DNA of 64,000 bases from Alphaproteobacteria bacterium (GTDB lineage Bacteria > Pseudomonadota > Alphaproteobacteria > SPJN01): assembly GCA_965229935.1 (NCBI GenBank), contig CBDDKB010000002.1, forward strand, positions 322,178-386,177, in the 5' to 3' direction. Positions 38,162 to 49,469 of the stretch are shown in pieces (position 1 is the stretch's first letter; each line of letters starts with the position of its first letter). The position numbers were made by a program, and so were the translations under genes. The notes beneath the pieces were generated by a model. The model searched no databases, was not told where the DNA came from, and saw only the letters and a program-made list of their open reading frames with translations.

Positions 38162-39055
38162 TTACCCAGCAGGCCAGACAAGCCCAACCTGTTGATCGGT
38201 CATGGCGATAGACAGCGGCAGCGTGCCTGCATCATCGCCATCCACCTGCACCGGGTCGGCATGGTCGCTGTCAATCTCAACCCGGTTGGCCTTGCGGATC
38301 ACAATAGGCGGCTGATGATCAAGGCGGCTTGTCAGGATGCCCCACGCATATTGCAAGAGCGCGATCAGGCCGCCCTTCATAAACATCACGACATAAAGCC
38401 CGTCTTGTTCAAGCCCCGCATCGGGCGCGATGGTGAAGGGGCCGCCATATTTACGGGCGCGTGTGACGATGACGGTGACGGGCTCAAAAACCTCAGCCCC
38501 GCTATCAAGGCGCACGCGATATTTTAACTTGCCCGAAAAATAAAGGTTCAGCGCCTTTGCCCCGCTGACAATATAGGCGAGGGGGCCGATCTTGTCCTTC
38601 ACCTTGCTGTCAACACCCGCAACCGCATAGGCATCAAGCCCGACACTGGCCATCAACATAAAGGCGCGATTATTGGCGCGCGCCAGCCGGACAGGGCGGA
38701 CCTTTCCGGTTAGAATAGCCTTGGCACGGGCCTTGAACCCCTTGGGGTAGGCTAGTTCATGCGCCAGCACATTGGCGGTGCCAAAGGGGGCAAAACCGAT
38801 GGGGGGGCTGTCTTCGGTCAGCCCATTCAACACCTCGTTCACGGTGCCATCGCCGCCTGCCACAATCAGCCGATGGGCCGCGTCTGCGGCGTCCGACCCG
38901 GCAAGGTCAGTGGCGTGGCCTGCCTGTTCGGTCTTGGCCAAGGTGACGGTGAAATCATGATCCTGCGCAAGGTCTACCAGCGCATCAAGCTTGTCGCGAT
39001 GCCGCCCGCCTGCCTTGGGGTTATAGATCAGGTAAAGCGACTTCGGATGAGACAT
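38162..39055 (-). CDS. diacylglycerol kinase catalytic domain lipid kinase (YegS/BmrU family)
   Basis: GGDGTVNEV motif. 297 aa. Confidence 0.75.
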   Translation of the reverse strand: MSHPKSLYLIYNPKAGGRHRDKLDALVDLAQDHDFTVTLAKTEQAGHATDLAGSDAADAAHRLIVAGGDGTVNEVLNGLTEDSPPIGFAPFGTANVLAHELAYPKGFKARAKAILTGKVRPVRLARANNRAFMLMASVGLDAYAVAGVDSKVKDKIGPLAYIVSGAKALNLYFSGKLKYRVRLDSGAEVFEPVTVIVTRARKYGGPFTIAPDAGLEQDGLYVVMFMKGGLIALLQYAWGILTSRLDHQPPIVIRKANRVEIDSDHADPVQVDGDDAGTLPLSIAMTDQQVGLVWPAG

Positions 39056-39064
39056 GGGAGTAGC

Positions 39065-39364
39065 CTAGTCTGTTTGCGCGAGGCGTAGAACCACAAGCCC
39101 CTTGATCGGGGCATGGGGATCTACGGGTTGTCCCTTCCGCAATATCTCAATCGCCCCGGTGCGGGCAAGGAATTTCGCCTGCTGACGGACCGCCATCATG
39201 TAGCGGCGCCACAAATCGGGCGGGTCTTTTTTGGTGCGACGGGCATCAGCCAAAAATTCAGCGACCGCCTTGGGCTGCGCCTTATTGTCGGGCGCAGCTT
39301 CAAGGACAGTCAAAATAGCCTCTGCCACCGGGTCAAGCTGGTCTTGTGTGTCGTCGCTCATCAC
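39065..39364 (-). CDS. DUF3253-like small protein
   Basis: 99 aa. [37 protein letters not shown] resembles the DUF3253 core. 4-nt overlap with argG. Confidence 0.45.
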   Translation of the reverse strand: MMSDDTQDQLDPVAEAILTVLEAAPDNKAQPKAVAEFLADARRTKKDPPDLWRRYMMAVRQQAKFLARTGAIEILRKGQPVDPHAPIKGLVVLRLAQTD

Positions 39365-40590
39365 CCGATCCGCCGATTGCGCGTGCCCAGCAGGCGCAGC
39401 CGCAGGGCATTCAGCTTGATAAAGCCTTCTGCGTCCTGCTGGTCATAAACCGTGTCTTCTTCAAACGTCACATGTTCTTCGGAATAAAGGCTGTTGGGGC
39501 TGGACCGTCCGATCAGATGCACGCCGCCTTTATAAAGCTTGAGCGTCACCGAACCTGTCACATGTTCCTGCGACTTGTCGATCATGGCTTGCAGCATCTC
39601 ACGCTCAGGACTGAACCAGAAGCCGTTATAAATCAGCTCTGCATAGCGGGGCATAAACTCATCCTTCAGATGGGCTGCACCCCGATCAAGTGTCAGGCTT
39701 TCAATGCCGCGATGGGCGGTCAGCAAAATTGTGCCGCCAGGGGTTTCGTAAATCCCGCGGCTTTTCATGCCGACGTAACGGTTTTCAACCAGATCAAGCC
39801 GCCCGATGCCATTGTCGCGGCCAAGCTCATTCAACCGTGTCAGGATGCTGGCAGGGGACATGGCCACGCCATTGATCGAAACCGCATCACCCTTTTCAAA
39901 GCCGATTTCGATGATGGTCGGTGTGTCCGGCGCATCTTCGGGTGAAACGGTCCGTTGATGCACAAATTCGGGTGCTTCAACGGCGGGGTCTTCCAGCAGC
40001 TTGCCTTCCGACGATGTGTGCAGCAGGTTCGCATCACAGCTAAAGGGGGCTTCGCCGCGCTTGTCTTTTGCAATCGGGATCTGATGCTTTTCAGCAAAGT
40101 CGATCAGCTTGGTCCGGCTGTCCAAATCCCATTCCCGCCACGGGGCAATCACTTTGATTTCAGGATTGCAGGCATAATAGCCAAGCTCGAACCTGATTTG
40201 GTCATTGCCCTTGCCGGTTGCGCCATGGCTGACTGCATCGGCGCCCGTTTCGGCGGCAATCTCAATCTGCCGTTTGGCGATCAAGGGCCGGGCGATAGAC
40301 GTGCCGAGCAGGTAAACGCCCTCATACAAGGCATTGGCGCGGAACATGGGGAACACATAATCGCGGACAAATTCTTCGCGCAGATCTTCGATATAGATTT
40401 CCTTGATGCCAGCCATTTCGGCTTTTTGCCGGGCAGGCTCCAACTCCTCACCCTGACCAAGGTCAGCGGTGAAGGTGACGACTTCTGCCTGATATTCTTC
40501 CTGCAGCCATTTCAAAATGATGGAGGTATCAAGCCCGCCTGAATAGGCAAGCACCACCTTTTTGACAGAGGATTTATCGATCTGGGCCAT
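39361..40590 (-). CDS. argG: argininosuccinate synthase
   Basis: PP-loop AYSGGLDTS, 409 aa. Confidence 0.9.
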   Translation of the reverse strand: MAQIDKSSVKKVVLAYSGGLDTSIILKWLQEEYQAEVVTFTADLGQGEELEPARQKAEMAGIKEIYIEDLREEFVRDYVFPMFRANALYEGVYLLGTSIARPLIAKRQIEIAAETGADAVSHGATGKGNDQIRFELGYYACNPEIKVIAPWREWDLDSRTKLIDFAEKHQIPIAKDKRGEAPFSCDANLLHTSSEGKLLEDPAVEAPEFVHQRTVSPEDAPDTPTIIEIGFEKGDAVSINGVAMSPASILTRLNELGRDNGIGRLDLVENRYVGMKSRGIYETPGGTILLTAHRGIESLTLDRGAAHLKDEFMPRYAELIYNGFWFSPEREMLQAMIDKSQEHVTGSVTLKLYKGGVHLIGRSSPNSLYSEEHVTFEEDTVYDQQDAEGFIKLNALRLRLLGTRNRRIG

Positions 40591-40761
40591 GTTGGCACCC
40601 TTTCTGCGGTCAGATTTTTGAAAAACTGCCGCACTATAGGGGGGTTAGGGCAAGATTCAAGCGGTCTGACAGTCGCATCTTTTGAAATTGGTGATAAACT
40701 TCATAAGAATGTGGGCGACAATATCAGTGGTTAGGGGATTTGCATCGGCAGGCAATCGCCG

Positions 40762-43053
40762 ATGGCCCCGTTTTGGGAGGGGCTTATGGCCGACGATCTG
40801 AAAAGCATGGCTTTGGACTATCACCGTTTTCCGCAACCGGGGAAATTGGAGATTACGCCAACCAAAAAGATGGCGAACCAGCGTGACTTGGCGCTGGCCT
40901 ATTCGCCGGGTGTTGCCGATGCTTGTACCTTGATTGCGGATGATCCAAGCGAAGCTGCCAATATGACAGCGCGCGGCAATCTGGTTGCTGTGATTTCAAA
41001 CGGCACCGCCGTTCTGGGGCTTGGCAATATCGGCGCGCTTGCCTCCAAACCTGTGATGGAAGGCAAGGCGGTTTTGTTCAAAAAATTCGCCGGTGTTGAT
41101 GTCTTTGATATTGAGGTTGATGAAACAGACCCTGACAAAATGGTCGACATTGTCCGTGCGTTAGAGCCGACCTTTGGCGGCGTGAATCTTGAGGATATCA
41201 AGGCCCCTGAATGTTTTATTATTGAGGCCAAGTGCCGCGAGATTATGAATATCCCGGTCTTCCATGATGACCAGCACGGCACAGCCATCTGTGTGGCAGC
41301 GGCGATTTATAACGCTTTGCGTCTGGTTGAAAAAAAGATTGAGGATGTGAAGGTTGTGATATCTGGCGCAGGTGCCGCGGCACAGGCCTGCACCATGCAA
41401 ATCCTGTCACTGGGGGCAAAGCCTGAAAATATCCGCATGTGTGACCGAAAAGGCGTGATCTATCAGGGCCGGGATGGGGTGGACCAGTTCAAGTCCCGCT
41501 TTGCCGTAGAAACCGATGAACGCACACTTGATGATGCGGTTGCGGACGCCGACGTCTTTTTGGGTGTGTCGGGGCCAGGCACCATGACGGGCGATATGGT
41601 CAAGAAAATGGCCAAGGACCCGATTGTGCTGGCGCTTGCCAATCCTGTGCCCGAAATTCTGCCCGAAGAAGCAAAAGCCGCCCGCGATGACGTGATCATG
41701 GCAACCGGGCGGTCAGACTACCCCAATCAGGTAAACAATGTTCTGTGCTTCCCTTTCATTTTCCGTGGCGCGCTTGATTGCGGAGCCAGCACCATTAATG
41801 AAGAGATGAAGATCGCAACAGTGAAGGCGATTGCCGACCTTGCACTGGCAGAACCATCAGAGGTGGTCGCCAGTGCCTATCAGGGTGAAAAGCTGACCTA
41901 TGGGCGGGACTATTTGATCCCCAAACCGTTTGACCCGCGCCTGATCGTTCATATTGCGCCCGCAGTGGCGCAAGCGGCGATGGATACAGGCGTTGCCACC
42001 CGTCCGATTGAGGATATGGACGCCTATATCAAAAAGCTTGAGCAGTTCATCTATGAAAGCGGTCAGGCCATGCGCCCGATCTTTGAACGTGCCAAGGAAA
42101 GCCCCAAGCGGGTTATCTATGCAGAGGGTGAAGACCCCCGCGTGCTGCGCGCTGCCCAGATCGTGGTAGAGGACGGCTATGCCGAACCTGTGCTGATCGG
42201 CAATGTCGAGACCATCTATGTGCTGATACAAGAGCTGGGCCTGACCGGACTGGAAGATAAGATCGGGATTGTTGATCCCGGCCTGCTCAAGGAAACCGAC
42301 CTCGATTATTTTGTTGAGGCTTTGCACCACAAGCTGGGCCGCAAGGGCGTGTCGCCATCGACCGCGCGGAACATGTTGAAGCAAAACGGAACTGTGCTTG
42401 CGTCTGTGCTTGTCTCTATCGGTCATGCCGATGCCATGTTGTGTGGCACGGTGGGCAGCTTCTCCGACCATTTGCGCAATGTGTTTGACGTTGTTGGGCT
42501 TGATGACGGGGCGGACCGCTACAGCGCCGTGCAAATGGTGCTGACACAGCATGACACGATTTTCATTACCGATAGCCACGCTAATCTCGATCCAAGCGCA
42601 GACCAGCTTGCGACCATCGTTCCGCAGGCTGCCAAGGTTGTTGAACGGTTCGGCCTGACGCCCAAAATTGCCATGTGCAGCCACGCTAATTTCGGGACAG
42701 AGAATGATGCCAGCGCCCGCAAGATGCGGCAGGCAACAGCCTTGATTAAGGCGGCGGCCCCTGATCTTGAAATTGATGGCGAGATGCAGGTTGATGCGGC
42801 GCTGAATGAAAATATCCGCAGGCGGTTAATGCCTGCCTCGTCCCTTGAAGGGCGCGCCAATCTGTTGGTGATGCCGGATATTGATGCCGCCAATATCAGC
42901 TTTAACCTTGTGAAGCAGGTCACCCAAGGCCTGTCCGTCGGGCCGATCCTGACGGGCCTCGCCAAGCCTGCCCATGTGGTTGCCACCGCAATCTCAACCC
43001 GTGGGCTGGTGAACATGACAGCAATGGCTGTCGTGGATGCGCAAGATCGGTAG
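40762..43053 (+). CDS. maeB: NADP-dependent malic enzyme (malic enzyme domain plus phosphotransacetylase-like domain)
   Basis: 763 aa. N-terminal malic enzyme NAD-binding motifs, C-terminal PTA-like domain. Confidence 0.9.
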   Translation: MAPFWEGLMADDLKSMALDYHRFPQPGKLEITPTKKMANQRDLALAYSPGVADACTLIADDPSEAANMTARGNLVAVISNGTAVLGLGNIGALASKPVMEGKAVLFKKFAGVDVFDIEVDETDPDKMVDIVRALEPTFGGVNLEDIKAPECFIIEAKCREIMNIPVFHDDQHGTAICVAAAIYNALRLVEKKIEDVKVVISGAGAAAQACTMQILSLGAKPENIRMCDRKGVIYQGRDGVDQFKSRFAVETDERTLDDAVADADVFLGVSGPGTMTGDMVKKMAKDPIVLALANPVPEILPEEAKAARDDVIMATGRSDYPNQVNNVLCFPFIFRGALDCGASTINEEMKIATVKAIADLALAEPSEVVASAYQGEKLTYGRDYLIPKPFDPRLIVHIAPAVAQAAMDTGVATRPIEDMDAYIKKLEQFIYESGQAMRPIFERAKESPKRVIYAEGEDPRVLRAAQIVVEDGYAEPVLIGNVETIYVLIQELGLTGLEDKIGIVDPGLLKETDLDYFVEALHHKLGRKGVSPSTARNMLKQNGTVLASVLVSIGHADAMLCGTVGSFSDHLRNVFDVVGLDDGADRYSAVQMVLTQHDTIFITDSHANLDPSADQLATIVPQAAKVVERFGLTPKIAMCSHANFGTENDASARKMRQATALIKAAAPDLEIDGEMQVDAALNENIRRRLMPASSLEGRANLLVMPDIDAANISFNLVKQVTQGLSVGPILTGLAKPAHVVATAISTRGLVNMTAMAVVDAQDR

Positions 43054-43182
43054 AGGATAGGTAACTGCTACCCCGTCACCCCGGACTTGGAGCGACAAGC
43101 AGGAAAAGTTGCAGACTTTTCCGTCCGCTTGCGCGACCAAAAATGATCCGGGGTCCATACGGACGATCAACCGCTACAATGG

Positions 43183-43220
43183 ATCCCGGATAAGGCTGAC
43201 GCCTTTCCGGGATGACTTTT
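43183..43220 (+). terminator. stem-loop ATCCCGGATAAGG-ctgacg-CCTTTCCGGGAT followed by GACTTTT; candidate terminator between convergent maeB and rlmN
   Basis: 12/13-bp stem read in sequence. Shares the GGATCCCGGAT arm with a second hairpin (43145-43191). Confidence 0.35.
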
Positions 43221-43234
43221 AAGGGGAGTTCGGC

Positions 43235-44461
43235 TTATTCCCCGGCTTGTTCCCCAACGGGATTATGTAATTCCCTTGACCGCATTTCGGCGAGAATTTC
43301 AGACTTGCGCTTTTTCTGGCTTTCGGACTTTAGCTGCCCACAGGCGGCCATAATATCGCGTCCGCGCGGGGTGCGGATCGGGCTGGCATAGCCTGCGCGG
43401 TTCACATAGGCGCCGAACTTTTCAATCCGGTCCCAATCAGAACATTCATAAGGTGCGCCGGGCCATGGGTTAAACGGGATCAGATTGATCTTGGCCGGAA
43501 TGCCCTTCAGCAATTGCACCAATCGCTTGGCATCTTCGTCCGTGTCATTCACGCCCTTCAACATCACATATTCAAAGGTGATGCGCCGCGCATTGGACAG
43601 GCCGGGATAGCGGCGGCAGGCGGATAGCAATTCATCAAGATTATATTTCTTGTTGATCGGCACAAGTCTGTCGCGAATATCGTCGCGCACCGCGTGGAGA
43701 GAGATGGCGAGGTTCACCCCAATTTCGTCCCCGCAACGATCCATCATCGGCACAATGCCTGAGGTAGACAGCGTGATGCGGCGGCGTGACAGGCTGATAC
43801 CTTCTTCGTCCGCCATGATCTTCATCGCCGCTTTGACATTATCGAAATTATACAGCGGCTCACCCATGCCCATCAGCACGATGTTGGTCAGCTTGCGACC
43901 CTGTGCTGGCGTGGGCCATTCGCCCAGCCGATCACGAGCGACCATCATTTGGCCGACAATCTCACCCGGCGTCAGATTGCGCACCAGCTTTTGCGTGCCT
44001 GTATGACAGAAAGTGCAGTTGAGCGTGCAGCCAACCTGCGAAGAAACGCACAGCGTGCCGCGATCTGTTTCGGGGATATAGACGGTTTCAGCTTCCTGCC
44101 CGTCGGCAAAGCGCAGCAACCATTTGATCGTGCCATCCTCAGATATTTCTTCGGTGACGATTTCAGGGCGGCCCACAATAAAGTTTTCGGCCAATGCGGC
44201 ACGCAGTGCCTTTGACAGGTTCGTCATGTCGGCAAATTCGGTGGCACCTTGGTGATACAGCCAATGCCAAACCTGCTGCACACGCATTTTGATGCTTTTG
44301 GGTCCAGCCTCAATCTGGCTAAGCGCTTCGGCCAGTTCTTCCCGGCTCATCCCTACAAGCTGTGGGCGCGTGTCGGCACCGACCTTACCGGGGGTAAAAT
44401 CGTCCAGACCGGGCGCGTCATCGGCCAGCCAATCTTTTACATTGGGGTTGGGCTTTGTCAT
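43235..44461 (-). CDS. rlmN: 23S rRNA m2A2503 / tRNA m2A37 methyltransferase, radical SAM
   Basis: CxxxCxxC radical-SAM cluster [11 protein letters not shown], 408 aa. Confidence 0.9.
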   Translation of the reverse strand: MTKPNPNVKDWLADDAPGLDDFTPGKVGADTRPQLVGMSREELAEALSQIEAGPKSIKMRVQQVWHWLYHQGATEFADMTNLSKALRAALAENFIVGRPEIVTEEISEDGTIKWLLRFADGQEAETVYIPETDRGTLCVSSQVGCTLNCTFCHTGTQKLVRNLTPGEIVGQMMVARDRLGEWPTPAQGRKLTNIVLMGMGEPLYNFDNVKAAMKIMADEEGISLSRRRITLSTSGIVPMMDRCGDEIGVNLAISLHAVRDDIRDRLVPINKKYNLDELLSACRRYPGLSNARRITFEYVMLKGVNDTDEDAKRLVQLLKGIPAKINLIPFNPWPGAPYECSDWDRIEKFGAYVNRAGYASPIRTPRGRDIMAACGQLKSESQKKRKSEILAEMRSRELHNPVGEQAGE

Positions 44462-44474
44462 GCCCGGACATGTA

Positions 44475-45017
44475 TTACAACTTGCAGGCTTTGGAAATAG
44501 CGTTATACGCCGCAGTAAAACCGCTTAGGGAATAGACATCTGTGGTGTTAGTGCCCCGACGGCTTTTCCCTTTTACTGTCATTTTTGAGCCCTTTTTCAT
44601 CGCCTTGACCAAGGCGGCAACCTTGTTTGAGGGGGCCCAGCCATCCTGATGCTGGGTGGTAAAGCCGACATCGGTACTGCCGATCCGCGCAGAAAGGGAG
44701 GAGCCTGAGGCCTTTTCCGCCAAGGGATAGCCCATTTGCACATTGATTTCGGTCTGTTTTGAACTTGGTACTTTTGAGACAAAGAAATTGATCGCGCCGC
44801 GACGCACGCCCTTGGGGTTCGTGTCCTTGGGGGCAGAAATCATATAGCAATAGGTTTGGCCATTTTCGGTAACCTTTACCGCGGTCCAATCCTTATGCGT
44901 GCCCAAATCTGTTTCTGTCGCTGATGCGCCCATTGTCAGGCCCGGCAGCAACAAAGCGGCCAGGGCGAGGGCTTTTAACGGGGTGATGGCTTGCAAGGTC
45001 CGGGTCATGGCTCTCAT
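44475..45017 (-). CDS. ialB: invasion-associated locus B (IalB) family periplasmic protein
   Basis: Signal peptide, WTAVKV...CYMIS core typical of IalB. 13 bp upstream of rlmN. Confidence 0.75.
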   Translation of the reverse strand: MRAMTRTLQAITPLKALALAALLLPGLTMGASATETDLGTHKDWTAVKVTENGQTYCYMISAPKDTNPKGVRRGAINFFVSKVPSSKQTEINVQMGYPLAEKASGSSLSARIGSTDVGFTTQHQDGWAPSNKVAALVKAMKKGSKMTVKGKSRRGTNTTDVYSLSGFTAAYNAISKACKL

Positions 45018-45220
45018 TTAAGTCTAACGGTTGCGCCAGCGCTGAATCATTGGGGTACAGATTGCCTTTCTGGCGGTCAAAGTAAACAGGCAAGCGGTAC
45101 TTTCATCTATCAAAACCAATGTTTTGCTGTTTAAAGCTTGCTTGGGCCGATCATGGGGCGGAAATTTGTCGGTAATTTGACCGGACACCATCTGTCCGCC
45201 AACCGGGGCGCTGACCGATC

Positions 45221-45263
45221 TTGTGATTGTCATGTTATGACAATATAAGTGTCAATATATTGA
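45221..45263 (+). promoter_or_regulatory. promoter-like TTGTGA-N17-TATAAG overlapping the 19-bp palindrome ATTGTCATgttATGACAAT (45226-45244), followed by the 12-bp palindrome TCAATATATTGA (45252-45263)
   Basis: Read directly in the sequence. Lies in a 404-bp intergenic region about 160-200 bp upstream of the 45422 oxidoreductase gene. Confidence 0.35.
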
Positions 45264-45421
45264 GTGGAGTGGGGGGTGTCGCGCGCGGGGGGTAATGTAC
45301 CCTCAATCAATCAGGCTGAAAGCCGGCATGAAATCCAGATGATATATTGTGTTGGGCACCAAGGCTGCTATCATCGCGCTACGAAATTTCCCATTTATCG
45401 TTACGTTAAGGAGAGAAGTCG

Positions 45422-46399
45422 ATGAAAGCTGTCGTGTGTCGCGAATATGGTCCCCCTGAAAGCCTGAAGGTTGAAGAACTGCCGGATCCTGAGCCCAAGG
45501 AAGGTCAGGTCATCATTGATGTGGCGGCATGTGGGGTGAACTTTCCCGATACGCTGATCATTCAGGGCAAGTATCAGTTCCAACCGCCTTTCCCGTTTTC
45601 GCCCGGTGGCGAAGTATCCGGCACGGTGTCAAAGGTCGGCGAAGGCGTGACCAACCTAAAGGTCGGGGACCAGATCGTCTCCGGCACAGGCTGGGGCGGC
45701 ATGGCTGAAAAGATTGCTGTGAATGCAGCAACCGCCATCCGCGTGCCCAAGGGGCTTGATCTTGTGCAGGCGGCAGGCTCCATGATGACTTATGGCACCT
45801 CGCACCATGCGCTGAAGGACCGTGCCAAATTGCAGGCCGGTGAAACCGTGCTTGTCATGGGCGCAGCAGGCGGCGTTGGTATTGCTGCCGTTGATCTGGC
45901 AAAGGCTGCGGGCGCAAAGGTGATCGCTGCGGCCTCATCCGATGAAAAGCTGGCAGTCTGTAAGGATTATGGCGCGGACGAGCTGATCAATTATGAAACC
46001 GAAGATTTGAAAGAACGGATCAAGGAAATCACAGGCGGCAAGGGTGTCGATGTGGTCTATGACCCGGTTGGTGATCGCTTTGCCGAACCTGCCGTGCGGT
46101 CGATGGCGTGGAACGGGCGATATTTGATCGTCGGTTTCGCCGCCGGTGACATTCCGAAAATTCCGTTGAACCTTGCCTTGCTTAAGGGCTGTTCGCTCAT
46201 GGGTGTGTTCTGGGGCCGCTTTAATGGCGAAGAACCTGCCGCAAGTGCTGAAAATCTGGCAGAGCTGCAGGCCATGTTTGAAGACGGCACCTTGAAGCCG
46301 CTGGTGTCAAAAACCTATCCGTTTGAAGACGCCCCGCAGGCGATCCGTGATTTGATGGAACGGCGTGCCAAGGGCAAAATCTGCCTCGTAACAGGGTAA
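45422..46399 (+). CDS. NADPH:quinone oxidoreductase / MDR family
   Basis: 325 aa, GAAGGVG Rossmann motif, strong SD AAGGAGAG. Paralog of the 5644 gene. Confidence 0.8.
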   Translation: MKAVVCREYGPPESLKVEELPDPEPKEGQVIIDVAACGVNFPDTLIIQGKYQFQPPFPFSPGGEVSGTVSKVGEGVTNLKVGDQIVSGTGWGGMAEKIAVNAATAIRVPKGLDLVQAAGSMMTYGTSHHALKDRAKLQAGETVLVMGAAGGVGIAAVDLAKAAGAKVIAAASSDEKLAVCKDYGADELINYETEDLKERIKEITGGKGVDVVYDPVGDRFAEPAVRSMAWNGRYLIVGFAAGDIPKIPLNLALLKGCSLMGVFWGRFNGEEPAASAENLAELQAMFEDGTLKPLVSKTYPFEDAPQAIRDLMERRAKGKICLVTG

Positions 46400-46446
46400 G
46401 TCGATCAGGTCCTAACAGACCATTTTGCGAAACAGGGGAGCGTCGC

Positions 46447-47511
46447 ATGAAAAAGCTATTGGGTATTATTGTCGGTCTTTTGTTGGTCATTGTGGCCATC
46501 GGTGTGGCGATGCGGGAAACGATTGTTGAACGCATGATGCCCAATATCATTGCGCAGAATATGACGCGCGATGTGGTCGGCGATTTGCCTGATGGCTTGC
46601 ATGTATTTGTGTGCGGCGCAGGCTCCCCAATGCCGAACCCGAATGCGGGCGGTCCCTGCCTTGTTGTGATCGCTGGGCAGGATATTTACGTCGTTGATTC
46701 AGGCACGGGCGGGTCCCGCACCATGACATTGGGCGGCGTTAATCCCGGCGCTGTGAAAGGGCTGTTCCTGACGCATTTCCACTCAGACCATATTGATGGT
46801 TTGGGTGAGATGATGTTGCAGCGTTGGGTTGGCGGTTCCCACACTGCGCCCTTGCCTGTTTATGGCCCCGTGGGGGTTGAGGCAATTGTGGCAGGCTTCA
46901 ACATGGCCTACACACAGGACTTTACCTATCGCGTTGCCCATCATGGCGAAGGGGTCGTGCCCCGGTCTGGCGCAGGTGGCAAGCCTATAGCCTTCGGCAT
47001 TCCCCGCGCGGGGGAGGCTGTGCCGGTTCTTGAAGAAGATGACCTAACCGTCATCGCCTTTGCCGTTGATCACAGCCCGGTCAGCCCCGCTGTCGGCTAT
47101 CGTTTTGATTATAAGGGCCGTTCCGTCACCATTTCGGGCGATACCTCAAAATCTGAAAATCTGGAAAAATTTGCCAAGGGCACTGACCTGTTGATGCATG
47201 AAGGTCTGGCCGCCCATATGGTGAAAATCATGGGTGAAACGGCCAAACAGGTTGGTCGCGATAATATCGCGACGATTATGCATGACATTCAGGATTATCA
47301 CGCCACCCCGGTTGAGGCTGCGCAGTCAGCACAAACCGCAGGAGCCAAAATGCTGGGCTTTTATCATATTGTCCCGCCGCTTTTGGTTGCCCCTATGGAG
47401 GGGATTTTCCTGCGCGGCGTGGACGAGGCCTATAGCGGCCCGGTTGTCGTGTCAAAAGACGGCACCTTTTATCATATTCCGGTTGGCACAGATGACGTCT
47501 ATGTCGACTAA
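46447..47511 (+). CDS. membrane-anchored MBL-fold metallo-hydrolase
   Basis: N-terminal TM helix, HFHSDH zinc motif. Confidence 0.7.
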   Translation: MKKLLGIIVGLLLVIVAIGVAMRETIVERMMPNIIAQNMTRDVVGDLPDGLHVFVCGAGSPMPNPNAGGPCLVVIAGQDIYVVDSGTGGSRTMTLGGVNPGAVKGLFLTHFHSDHIDGLGEMMLQRWVGGSHTAPLPVYGPVGVEAIVAGFNMAYTQDFTYRVAHHGEGVVPRSGAGGKPIAFGIPRAGEAVPVLEEDDLTVIAFAVDHSPVSPAVGYRFDYKGRSVTISGDTSKSENLEKFAKGTDLLMHEGLAAHMVKIMGETAKQVGRDNIATIMHDIQDYHATPVEAAQSAQTAGAKMLGFYHIVPPLLVAPMEGIFLRGVDEAYSGPVVVSKDGTFYHIPVGTDDVYVD

Positions 47512-47580
47512 ACCGAATTATTAACTAACGGGGCCGCCTTTGCATCTGTGAAGGTGGCCTCTTTCATAGTGGGAAGGAAC

Positions 47581-49383
47581 ATGTCGATGGGCATCCTTAG
47601 GGAAGTAAAATATCTGCGCGATATGGGTCGCGCTGTGCTGTCGATTTCAAAATTCGACGTCAACAAGGAAGAAACGGTTGCAGACCATTTTGAACAGATT
47701 GTTGATCGGCGCAAAGGCGCGACACTGTTTTTTTACGAGGATGAAACCTATACCTATCAACAGATGGATGATTGGGCCAATCAGTTTGCTCACTATCTGA
47801 CGTCGCAAAATATTGGCAAGGGCGACGTGATTGCCATCAATATGGAAAACCGTCCTGCCTATGTCGCGGCGTGGGTTGGCGCGGCGAAAGTTGGCGCAAC
47901 CTCAGCATTGATCAACACAAATTTGGGTGGCGCGCAGCTTGCCCATTGCCTGAATGTGGCCAAGGCAAAGTTGCTGGTTTTGGGGGGCGAACTTTCAGAC
48001 CAGTTTGAAAGCGCACGCGATGCGCTTGACCCCATGCCGACCGTGTTGGTTGATGGTGATGGGGCGGTAGCGGGCAGCTATCCCAATTTGGCGGATGCGA
48101 TTGCTGATCAGCCGACCAGCCGCCCTGATCGGTCAGGCCGCGCGGGCATGACATTGGGCAATAGTGATCTGTTTTACATCTATACCTCAGGCACCACAGG
48201 GCTGCCTAAGGCTGCGCATTTTTCCCATTTGCGTTTCATGATGACCGCGACAGGCGCAGGCACTGCGTTGAAGCTGGGCCCGCGTGATCGGCAATATATT
48301 TGTCTGCCGCTATATCACACAGCAGGCGGCGTGATGGCGCTTGGTGCTGCGCTGACAATGGGCGCGGCTGCCGTGTTGGTGCCGAAATTTTCTGCCAGCC
48401 GCTTCTTTAAAGATGCGGTGAAATACGACGTTACCAGCTTCCAATATATTGGGGAGCTGTTGCGATACCTTGTAAACAGCCCTGAGGTGCCGGAGGAAAA
48501 GCAACACAAGATCACGCGCTGCATCGGTAATGGCCTGCGTCCTGAGATTTGGGAAACGGTCGAAACCCGCTTTGGCATCAACAAAGTGATTGAGTTTTAC
48601 GGCGCAACTGAAGGCAATGTGGCCCTGATGAACCTTGAAGGCAAACGCGGCACGGTTGGTCGTTTGCCCGGCTATTTGCGCAAGGCAACGGGTGTGACTT
48701 GCATCAAGTATGATGTTGAAAATGACGAAGTGGTGCGCGGCCCCGACGGGCTTTGCATCGAATGCAAACCGGGCGAACCGGGCGAGGCAGTGGGTCGTTT
48801 GCCCACATCATCAGATGCCAAGACCGGACGGTTCGAAGGCTATTCAGATGAATCGGCAACCAAAAAGAAAATCCTGAATGACGTGTTTGAAAAGGGCGAT
48901 GCCTTTTTCCGCACAGGTGACCTGCTGCGCTTTGACAAGGACGGCTATTGGTATTTCGTTGACCGCATCGGTGACACGTTCCGCTGGAAGGGCGAGAATG
49001 TGGCAACATCCGAAGTGGCAGAGGTTATCGCCGTTATGGATCACGTCGAAGAAGTGAATATTTACGGCGTGCAAATTCCCGGCGCTGATGGGCGTGCGGG
49101 CATGGCATCCATCGTTGCCGGTTCCGGCTTTGACATGGCTGCTTTCTATGCACAAACCGAAAAGGATCTGGCAGCCTATGCCCGGCCGTTATTTGTGCGG
49201 ATGCAGCCTGAAATCGAAATCACAGGTACATTCAAACACCGTAAGGTGGAGCTTGTGAAAGATGGCTTTGACCCCGACAATATTGACGAGCCATTGTTCT
49301 TCCGCGACAGCGAAACCAAATCATATGTACCGCTTGATAAGGCGCTTTATGAAAAAATCATAAGTGGTGGTGTGCGCATCTAG
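47581..49383 (+). CDS. long-chain/very-long-chain acyl-CoA synthetase (FATP-like AMP-binding enzyme)
   Basis: AMP-binding motif YTSGTTGLPKA, FRTGDLLRFDKDGYWYFVDRIGDTFRWKGENV. Start at MSMGIL (47581) with GGAAGG SD. Confidence 0.85.
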   Translation: MSMGILREVKYLRDMGRAVLSISKFDVNKEETVADHFEQIVDRRKGATLFFYEDETYTYQQMDDWANQFAHYLTSQNIGKGDVIAINMENRPAYVAAWVGAAKVGATSALINTNLGGAQLAHCLNVAKAKLLVLGGELSDQFESARDALDPMPTVLVDGDGAVAGSYPNLADAIADQPTSRPDRSGRAGMTLGNSDLFYIYTSGTTGLPKAAHFSHLRFMMTATGAGTALKLGPRDRQYICLPLYHTAGGVMALGAALTMGAAAVLVPKFSASRFFKDAVKYDVTSFQYIGELLRYLVNSPEVPEEKQHKITRCIGNGLRPEIWETVETRFGINKVIEFYGATEGNVALMNLEGKRGTVGRLPGYLRKATGVTCIKYDVENDEVVRGPDGLCIECKPGEPGEAVGRLPTSSDAKTGRFEGYSDESATKKKILNDVFEKGDAFFRTGDLLRFDKDGYWYFVDRIGDTFRWKGENVATSEVAEVIAVMDHVEEVNIYGVQIPGADGRAGMASIVAGSGFDMAAFYAQTEKDLAAYARPLFVRMQPEIEITGTFKHRKVELVKDGFDPDNIDEPLFFRDSETKSYVPLDKALYEKIISGGVRI

Positions 49384-49413
49384 CGACGGTCACCATTTCA
49401 CTATTAAGGCAAA

Positions 49414-49446
49414 GAAAAAGCCGCCCTCAAAACTATTGGGGGCGGC
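49414..49446. repeat. 33-bp direct repeat copy 1 (GAAAAAGCCGCCCTCAAAACTATTGGGGGCGGC); hairpin GCCGCCC/GGGCGGC that serves as terminator for the islet ORF (minus strand, TTTTTC tail)
   Basis: Near-identical (31/33) to copy 2 at 50340-50373. Similarity continues imperfectly for about 15 bp beyond it. Confidence 0.6.
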
Positions 49447-49469
49447 AACCGTGTCTCGTTCGTTGTGCT

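Noticed and set aside
45024-45233. 69-aa minus-strand ORF and 27-aa plus-strand ORF inside the 404-bp intergenic region
   Set aside because: They have no SD or recognisable motifs and overlap the palindrome/promoter elements. More likely non-coding regulatory DNA.
45271-45290. Two G6 runs considered as a G-quadruplex
   Set aside because: Only two long G-tracts are present; a G4 needs four.
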